From assembly GCA_031416315.1 (NCBI GenBank), contig JANOTL010000211.1, positions 1 through 43,593 on the forward strand: 43,593 nt of DNA, given 5' to 3'. This stretch comes from Pseudomonadota bacterium. Lineage in GTDB: Bacteria > Bdellovibrionota_B > Oligoflexia > Oligoflexales > CAIYRB01. Below the pieces are notes generated by a model. That model saw nothing but the letters and a program-made list of their open reading frames with translations, made no database searches and had not been told where the DNA came from. Shown here in pieces: positions 35,426 to 43,593 of the stretch; position 1 is the stretch's first letter, and every line of letters starts with the position of its first letter. Made by a program: the position numbers and the translations under genes.

Positions 35426-36622
35426 CTAATAGCGATCAGCAGCGGCCAAAGCTAGGTGCGCGAACATCTGGATTCCTGTCGGTAGCGCGGCCTCGTTGAA
35501 GTCGTAGCCCGGATGGTGCAACGACGGATAACCACCCGCCCGACCATCGTCGACACCCAGGAAGAAGTAAGAGCCGGGGACCTTCTCGAGAAAGAAGGCG
35601 AAGTCCTCCCCTCCCATGCTCGCCGCGCCCATGCGACGGGCCGCGCCTTCCGGGAGGACGGCTAGCGCCACGGCCTCGACGAAGCTCGTTGCGTTCTCGT
35701 CGTTCACCGTCGGCGGATAATTCGGCGCGAAGAGGACCTCCGCCTCAGCGCCATGCATCGAGGCGATGCCGGTCACGATCGTCTTGATCTTCGCCATGCA
35801 GTTGTCGCGCGTCGCCACCGACAGCGTGCGCAGGGTGCCGCCCAACTCCACGGACGATGGGATGACGTTCACGGCCGTGCCGCCGTGCATCTTGGTGATC
35901 GAGAGCGCGACCGGCTCGGTCGGCGCGACATGGCGCGAGGACACCATCTGCAGCGCCTCGATGATGCGCGCGGCGATCAGGACCTGATCGGTGCCTAGAT
36001 GCGGCATCGCGGCGTGACAGCCGCGGCCGCGCACGGTGATCTTCAGGTCGGTGGTCGAGGCCATGATCGGCCCGGAGCGGAAGCCGACGGTGCCGCAAGG
36101 CAGCTCCGGCCAGCCGTGGAGCGCGAAGATGGCGTCGACGTTCGGGGCCTCGAGCGCGCCGTCCTTGCACATCTCCTCGCCGCCGCGGCCGCCTTCCTCG
36201 GCGGGCTGGAAGATGAGCTTCACACGGCCGCGCAGCTCGCCCCTCAGGCCAGCCAGGACGTGGGCCGCGCCGAGTAGCGTCGCCATGTGGCCGTCGTGGC
36301 CGCAGGCGTGCATCACGCCGGGCTTGCAGGAGGTGTAGGGGACGCCGGTTTTCTCCTCGACGGGCAACGCGTCCATGTCGGCCCGCAGCGCGACGGTCGG
36401 GCCCGGAAGATCGCCTTCCAAGAGCGCCACGAGGCCGTGGCGGCCGATGCCGGTCTTCACCGAGAGCCCCGGGATCTTTCGGAGCTCGGCTTCGACCGCT
36501 TTCGCCGTCTCGTGCTCCTGCCACGTGAGCTCGGGATGGGCATGCCGCTCGCGGCGAAAGCGCACGACGTCGGGGAGGACGGAGGCGGTGGCGCGGGCCA
36601 CGCGCGCTTTGAGGTCGGTCAT
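35426..36622 (-). CDS. M20D-family amidohydrolase
   Basis: HAHPEL, LRADMDALP, MHACGHDGH, FQPAEEG, ALHGWP, GCHAAMPH, MGGEDFA, LHHP; ATG 36622 overlaps the upstream stop (TGATG). Confidence 0.94.
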   Translation of the reverse strand: MTDLKARVARATASVLPDVVRFRRERHAHPELTWQEHETAKAVEAELRKIPGLSVKTGIGRHGLVALLEGDLPGPTVALRADMDALPVEEKTGVPYTSCKPGVMHACGHDGHMATLLGAAHVLAGLRGELRGRVKLIFQPAEEGGRGGEEMCKDGALEAPNVDAIFALHGWPELPCGTVGFRSGPIMASTTDLKITVRGRGCHAAMPHLGTDQVLIAARIIEALQMVSSRHVAPTEPVALSITKMHGGTAVNVIPSSVELGGTLRTLSVATRDNCMAKIKTIVTGIASMHGAEAEVLFAPNYPPTVNDENATSFVEAVALAVLPEGAARRMGAASMGGEDFAFFLEKVPGSYFFLGVDDGRAGGYPSLHHPGYDFNEAALPTGIQMFAHLALAAADRY

Positions 36623-37434
36623 CAGAAGTACCAGCCGAGGCGAATGTTGGTGAGGCCGTAGATGGCCGGGCGCTCGAGATTGCGGAGGATGGTGCGCCGG
36701 CCAAGCCCGGTCTCGAGGGTGAAGTCCCGCTCGAGCGTCTTGCTGAAACGCGCGCCGAAGGGGAGCCACTCGAGGAAGATCCCGTTGTCGAAGATCCAGC
36801 TCAGGTTAGCGCCGATGCCGGCCATCGGGCCATGGCCGCGGAAGCCGGCGGAGAGAAGGTCGGACTCGCCGACGTCGCTGTCGTCGGCCCCGTGCGGCGT
36901 CACCGTCGCCTCCCAGGAGCCGTAGCCGAGGTCGAGCTCGAACGAAAGGCGCTCGAGCCGCGTCATGAACCAGCGCAGCGAGAAGCCGAAGCTCCGGGCC
37001 TTCAAACGCAGGCTGTAGCCGCGCTCGTCGATGGTCCCGGTGTCGGTCGTGTCGGCGAAGCCCGCATAGGCGCCGAGGGCCACGTCGTCCTCGAGCAGGC
37101 TCTGGACCTCGAAGCTATAGGTTTGCCAGGGCTTTGTCGGGCCGAGCGCCACGCTCATGGCGTAGTCGTGCCGCGAGCGCATCTCTTCCAAGGAAAGCTC
37201 GAGCTCGCGCGTCTGCGCGGCGCGGATGTCGTCGGCGCCTTCGTCGGCCGCATCGCCCTCGAACGGGAGGTACTCCTCCTCATCGACGACTTCCTCGACC
37301 TCGTTCACGTCCTTCGAGACGTCGGAGCCGCCGCCGCCGCCCGAGCCCAAGGCTATGCCGACGCCCTGCGCCCAGGTGGGCACGGCGAAGAGGCCCAGGA
37401 GGGCCAGAACGGCGCTGACGGAAACCTTCCCCAT
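36622..37434 (-). CDS. Probable outer-membrane beta-barrel protein with acidic N-terminal linker
   Basis: Signal peptide TWA|Q; alternating amphipathic strands; C-terminal IRLGWYF (beta-signal-like). Confidence 0.65.
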   Translation of the reverse strand: MGKVSVSAVLALLGLFAVPTWAQGVGIALGSGGGGGSDVSKDVNEVEEVVDEEEYLPFEGDAADEGADDIRAAQTRELELSLEEMRSRHDYAMSVALGPTKPWQTYSFEVQSLLEDDVALGAYAGFADTTDTGTIDERGYSLRLKARSFGFSLRWFMTRLERLSFELDLGYGSWEATVTPHGADDSDVGESDLLSAGFRGHGPMAGIGANLSWIFDNGIFLEWLPFGARFSKTLERDFTLETGLGRRTILRNLERPAIYGLTNIRLGWYF

Positions 37435-37475
37435 CCTCGCAATCTAGAAGAGAAAATAGGGCGCGTCCAGGGGCT

Positions 37476-38468
37476 TCACGCGCCCCCGGCGTCGGCTTTC
37501 AACTTGTCACCCAAGAGCTCGACGAGCACCTGATACGAGTCTTTGTGCAGGTTCTTGAGGAGCTTGTGCTTGATCAGGTCGAGCGCCTCGAAGGGCGTCC
37601 GGCTCACCTGGTAGGGACGATTCGTCGTCAAGGCGTCGAAGACGTCGGCGAAGGCGACGATCTTCACCTCCTCTAGGAGCTCTTTTTCCGTCAGGTTGTG
37701 CGGGTAGCCGGTGCCGTCGAAGCGCTCGTGGTGGTGCATGATGATCGAGCGCGGCATCACCGCGAGGACCGAGTCGCGCACGACCTCGTCGCCGTAAACG
37801 GGGTGAAGCTTCATCTGGTCCATCTCGTCGCGGGTCAAGGCGCCTTGTTTATTGAGGAGGCCGAGGTCGATCTTGCTCTTGCCGACGTCGTGGAGGAGGG
37901 CGCCGACGGCCATCTGCTCCAGCTGCGTCTTGTCGGTGAGGCCGAGCTTGATCGACAGCGCGAGCGCGTAAGCCGTGACGCGGGCGCTATGGTAGTACGT
38001 GTAGTCATCGTGCCGCGCGAGCTTGCCGAGGGCCGAGACGCAGCTCGGGTCCTCCTCCACGGTCGCCACCAGCCTTTTGCCGATGTTTTCGACCTCGGAC
38101 AAAGCCGAGAGGGACAATGGATAGGAGTACAAAATCCGCGTCAATTCCGCGGCGGCATCGGTGAGTTGCACGACGCGGCCGGACGGCGGCAGGTCCGACG
38201 GCGCGAAGCGCACCGCCGCCAATGCCTTGTAGGCTTCGACTTTCGGGCGGTCGGCGGTAGAATGGAGGAGGCTCCGGTGACCCGCGTCGAGCAAGCGTTT
38301 CAGCTCGTCGAGGGCCCAACGATAAGGCGCCTTCGCGTACATCGTGAGCTGACCCGCCACCTCCAGGTACAGATCGAAGTCGGTCGTCGAATTGTCGAGA
38401 ATGCCGTCGACCGGCAAGGCCTCGTAGCCCGCCGCACTCCCCACCCCGAGATGATTTCCATGGCTCAT
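37476..38468 (-). CDS. HD-GYP domain cyclic-dinucleotide phosphodiesterase
   Basis: YTYYHSARV, LLHDVGK, HPVYG, HHERFDGTGYP, ADVFDALTTNRPY. Confidence 0.93.
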   Translation of the reverse strand: MSHGNHLGVGSAAGYEALPVDGILDNSTTDFDLYLEVAGQLTMYAKAPYRWALDELKRLLDAGHRSLLHSTADRPKVEAYKALAAVRFAPSDLPPSGRVVQLTDAAAELTRILYSYPLSLSALSEVENIGKRLVATVEEDPSCVSALGKLARHDDYTYYHSARVTAYALALSIKLGLTDKTQLEQMAVGALLHDVGKSKIDLGLLNKQGALTRDEMDQMKLHPVYGDEVVRDSVLAVMPRSIIMHHHERFDGTGYPHNLTEKELLEEVKIVAFADVFDALTTNRPYQVSRTPFEALDLIKHKLLKNLHKDSYQVLVELLGDKLKADAGGA

Positions 38469-39002
38469 GGCCAAAGGTTACTGGCGAGCCTCCTCGCATG
38501 TAAAGCGTTGGCGCTCGGGGCGACTTCATCCTTCGCGCTCGAGGCGGCCCTAGGCGTCGCCGCGGTCGACGAGGGCGACGACCGCCGCCGCCCGGCGGCC
38601 ATGCTGCACGCAGGCTTCAACGACAACTGGCAGTCGAACGCTCTGTACTACGGCCGCGTCAACGGGCCGGTGCGCGAGGAAACCTACCTCGCCAGCGTAT
38701 CAAGGCGCTGGAGCCCCTTCTCCTCGAAGAACGTCGTCGCCAGCTTGGGCGCCGCTATCCTCGACGAGAAGCTCACGATCGCCTACGAAGACGCCGCGGA
38801 CGCCGCGCAGGATCTGACCGAGAACAACTACAACGCCGGCCTGGCCTTCGGGCTCACCTGGCTGCCGTTCAGGGGGACCGGGCCCCTCTATTTCGCGGCG
38901 TCCTGGGACGCTCACATCTTCGGCGCCGGCCAGGGCACGTTCTTCCTGTCGACCGGTCGCAAGGAAAGCATCTCGCTTCTTCTCGGCATGGAGATGCGCT
39001 GA
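38460..39002 (+). CDS. Exported hypothetical protein, probable small beta-barrel
   Basis: Signal-like N-terminus (SFA|LE); amphipathic strands; stop overlaps the next ATG (TGATG). Start uncertain. Confidence 0.65.
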   Translation: MAHGQRLLASLLACKALALGATSSFALEAALGVAAVDEGDDRRRPAAMLHAGFNDNWQSNALYYGRVNGPVREETYLASVSRRWSPFSSKNVVASLGAAILDEKLTIAYEDAADAAQDLTENNYNAGLAFGLTWLPFRGTGPLYFAASWDAHIFGAGQGTFFLSTGRKESISLLLGMEMR

Positions 39003-39445
39003 TGCGGAACCTTTTCGGGCTCGCCGTAGGCTCGCTCATCCTCGCGGCGGGCGCCGAAGCCGGCACCTTGACCATTCACGTCGGACCGCCGGCGCTCGGC
39101 CGCGGCGGCACGAACCCCGTGTCCATCCCGCCAGTGAATCCGATCGAGTACGAGATCCTTTACGCCACCGACGGGGGCTGGGAGACGGTCATCGGCCTCA
39201 TCCCCGGTCTCTTCTTCAATCGCCGCGCGCGGACCTCGGGCGGCGGCAGCTATGTCAGCTTCGGCGGCGGTCTCGTCATCGACGGCAACGGCCAGGGCCC
39301 GGGCATCGACGCCGCGATCGGCTACGACTACGGCAAGCCGATCGCGCTGAACCTCGAGTATCGCCAAGCCGTCGGCTACGACTTTGGTTCTTCCACCGTG
39401 CTCTCGCCCTACACCCTGCGCATCGGCGCCAGCTTCTTCTTTTGA
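39002..39445 (+). CDS. Small probable outer-membrane beta-barrel protein
   Basis: Signal peptide AEA|G; Gly/aromatic-rich strands; C-terminal LRIGASFFF. Confidence 0.7.
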   Translation: MRNLFGLAVGSLILAAGAEAGTLTIHVGPPALGRGGTNPVSIPPVNPIEYEILYATDGGWETVIGLIPGLFFNRRARTSGGGSYVSFGGGLVIDGNGQGPGIDAAIGYDYGKPIALNLEYRQAVGYDFGSSTVLSPYTLRIGASFFF

Positions 39446-39472
39446 GTCTTTTTTCCTGAATCGAGGCATCGC

Positions 39473-40231
39473 ATGCGCCCTCTCGCGCTCTTCCTTCCGA
39501 TGCTCGCGCTCGCGCCCTTTCTGCAAGGGTTCGTGCTGCTGTCGCCGGACGCGGCGATCCTGCCGGTCTCGCCGGAGGCGCCCGAGCTGAACTTCGTCTG
39601 GGACGGCAACGCGCCGCCGGTCAGCGGCAAGGACGAGTTCCAGGGCGGGCGCTACGCCGCGCTCGAGGACAAGGAGTTCATCGCGGCCGTCCTGACCGAG
39701 TCGATGAACTTGTGGAACAAGATTCCGAGCGCCTACGTGACGCTCACCGTCAGCGAGGCGGCGGCGCCCGGCGACGCCGTCATGGACCCCGAGGACCGGA
39801 AGTTCAGCATCGTCGTCGAGAAGAGCGCCAACGCCTCGAGCGCCGCCTTCGCCGTGCCGAACGCGATGGACGACGACCCGAAGACGATCGCCGACTGCGA
39901 CATCAACCTCGCCGACCGCAAGGTCGAGGCGAAGGAGATCGCGTTCACGATCGCGCACGAGCTCGGTCACTGCCTGGGCTTGGGCCACTCGCACACGAAT
40001 TATCGCGCCATGATGGGCTATTCCCGCATGGCGAAGGACTTCGCGCTCGGCGCCGACGACGTCGCCGGCATCGTCTACCTCTATCCCGATCCGACGCGGG
40101 TCGACGACGAGCCGCACGAGATCGTCTGCGGTGTCGCCGCCGGCGTCTCGACCTCGAGCGCGCTCCTCCTCCTTCTCGCCGGGCTCGTTCCCTACTTCGC
40201 GGCGCGCCGTCGCCAGAACGGCGAGGGCTGA
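39473..40231 (+). CDS. Matrixin (M10-like metzincin) metalloprotease with C-terminal Cys-TM-RRR sorting-like tail
   Basis: HELGHCLGLGHS (HExxHxxGxxH), Met-turn AMMGY, LGADDVAGIVYLY; tail CGVAAG..LLLLLAGLVPYFAARRR. Confidence 0.88.
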   Translation: MRPLALFLPMLALAPFLQGFVLLSPDAAILPVSPEAPELNFVWDGNAPPVSGKDEFQGGRYAALEDKEFIAAVLTESMNLWNKIPSAYVTLTVSEAAAPGDAVMDPEDRKFSIVVEKSANASSAAFAVPNAMDDDPKTIADCDINLADRKVEAKEIAFTIAHELGHCLGLGHSHTNYRAMMGYSRMAKDFALGADDVAGIVYLYPDPTRVDDEPHEIVCGVAAGVSTSSALLLLLAGLVPYFAARRRQNGEG

Positions 40232-40234
40232 GCC

Positions 40235-42364
<2,130 letters not shown>

Positions 42365-42387
42365 GACCGATACGCGAGTCTGAAAGG

Positions 42388-42476
42388 TGGTCCTCGCGGC
42401 CGGACTTGAACCGGCACGGCCCTTGCGAGCCAATGGATTTTAAATCCATTGTGTCTACCGATTTCACCACGCGAGG
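42388..42476 (-). tRNA. tRNA-Leu (anticodon TAA), 89 nt, CCA encoded
   Basis: Acceptor stem CCTCGCG/CGCGAGG-A-CCA; D arm GTGAAATCGGTAGACAC; anticodon arm ATGGA-TTTAAAA-TCCAT; long variable arm; T arm GCCGG-TTCAAGT-CCGGC. Confidence 0.96.
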
Positions 42477-42571
42477 CGACGCTGCACCGGTAGAAAGGTC
42501 TACCACGGGGCGCGGCGGATCACGCTACAATAGGGAAGAGCCTCCCTTCGGACAAGCACTGGGGACCCGCC

Positions 42572-42937
42572 GTGGATCTCGTCCTCTTCGACGCCGACTG
42601 CCCGCCGTGCGTCGCGCTCGCCGGCTTCGCGCAGCGCACGGCGTCGGGAAAGCTCCGCTTTCGCGCTTGGGGCGAGTACCGTGATTCGCCGGAAGCGCAC
42701 TCCCTCCCGCCCGAGATCCTGGCGAGTCCGGCCTCGCGCCTGCGCGTCGTGCCCTCGGGGACGAGCGCGCTCCTCGAAGGTGAGTCGGCCTGGGCCTTCC
42801 TCCTCGAGCGCCATCCGGCGCTCTCAGGCCTCGACTGGCTCGCGGCACGCCTCGGGCTCGCCGCCGCGGCGCCACGCGCGCTCCAGTCGGCAGGCGAGCT
42901 TTTGCGGCGCTTTTGCTTCAAATGCCCGCGCGCTTGA
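42572..42937 (+). CDS. DCC1-like thiol-disulfide oxidoreductase family protein
   Basis: N-terminal VLFDADCPPC (DxxCxxC); extra C-terminal CFKC; GTG start. Confidence 0.75.
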   Translation: MDLVLFDADCPPCVALAGFAQRTASGKLRFRAWGEYRDSPEAHSLPPEILASPASRLRVVPSGTSALLEGESAWAFLLERHPALSGLDWLAARLGLAAAAPRALQSAGELLRRFCFKCPRA

Positions 42938-43469
42938 GCCCCGGTTCCTCCGGCGCGCAGGGATTGGGCAGCTGCCGCTGCCACCAGCCAACGTCCCGCC
43001 AGGCCCCGTGCTTAAAGCCGACCTGCCGGTAGACGCCGATCGGCGTGAAGCCCATGGCCTCGTGGAGACCGACGCTCGCCGCGTTCGGGAGCGTGATGCC
43101 GGCGAAGAGGCTCGCGAAGCCGGAGGCCTCCAGCTGCGCCAGAAGCGGCCGGTAGAGGCGGCGGCCGATGCCGAGACCTTCCGAGCCCGGCCGAACGTAA
43201 ATCGTGACGTCGGCCGACCAGAGGTAGGAAGGCCGCGCACGATGCGGCGACGCGTAGGCATAGCCGACGATCTCGTTTTCGAGCTCGGCCACGAGCCAGG
43301 GGTACGTCCGCGCGTACGCCTCGATCCGGGCCTCGAGCTCTTCGACGCTCGGCGGGTCGACGTCGAAGGAGACCGCCGTCTCGCGCACGAAATGCGCGTA
43401 GATCGCCCGGATTGCGGCTGCGTCCGCCAGCTGCACCGACCGCACCAAGAGTCCCGAGTCTTTGCCCAT
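42918..43469 (-). CDS. GNAT N-acetyltransferase, phosphinothricin acetyltransferase (Pat/YncA)-like
   Basis: IRAIYAHFV..AVSFD, PWLVAE, GYAYA, GLGIGRRLY, LPNAASVGLHEAMGF, GFKHGAWRDVGWWQ; ATG 43469 after GGAGG. Confidence 0.92.
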   Translation of the reverse strand: MGKDSGLLVRSVQLADAAAIRAIYAHFVRETAVSFDVDPPSVEELEARIEAYARTYPWLVAELENEIVGYAYASPHRARPSYLWSADVTIYVRPGSEGLGIGRRLYRPLLAQLEASGFASLFAGITLPNAASVGLHEAMGFTPIGVYRQVGFKHGAWRDVGWWQRQLPNPCAPEEPGLKRAGI

Positions 43470-43593
43470 TTTGCCTCCGACCGCGCCTAAATGTCCTTGC
43501 ACCAAAGAGCCCTTTCCTGATACATTGCGCCCCACTATATTGGTCAGCCAGCCAATTCGAACCTACGAATTTCTCTCGGAGTCTTGCATGCAG

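Noticed and set aside
37698..38459. N-terminal 254 aa of the 434-aa plus-strand ORF
   Set aside because: Antisense shadow of the HD-GYP gene; only the part from about 38460 looks like a real exported protein.
42388..42476. tRNA-Leu as the attachment site of a genomic island
   Set aside because: I saw no duplicated tRNA 3' end and no integrase in the window; flanking genes have host-like codon usage.

Overview
A 43.6-kb, high-GC (roughly two-thirds G+C by eye), densely packed bacterial chromosomal region. It has about 40 protein genes and one tRNA-Leu(TAA); I found no integrase, transposase, phage structural gene or CRISPR array. The gene content (class I LysRS, several CNB-domain proteins, many secreted lipoproteins and proteases, a CTERM-tailed metzincin) suggests a Bdellovibrionota/Oligoflexia- or Myxococcota-like organism, but this is inference only. 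Housekeeping genes: lysS (class I), arfB, pntA/pntB, lhr, bfd/bfr with a Fur box, lgt, TetR-SDR with a perfect 20-bp operator, HD-GYP, a PAS histidine kinase, GST, GNAT and an M20 amidohydrolase. Most notable items: (1) a four-gene minus-strand cluster (16053-20394) encoding an apparently catalytically dead M50/S2P-like membrane protein with two cNMP-binding domains, a GspG-like protein lacking a prepilin motif, and two lipoproteins that both end in DCD; (2) a 102-bp tandem duplication of a long nested hairpin upstream of lysS; (3) a structured intergenic segment after lgt with mutually exclusive folds, a candidate ncRNA; (4) a DnaC-like Zn-finger ATPase paired with a degenerate ATPase-like gene; (5) a secreted LBP/BPI-like protein; (6) a beta-barrel/beta-barrel/matrixin-CTERM operon overlapping head-to-head with an HD-GYP gene. 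All family calls come from motif recognition by eye; no database searches were run.
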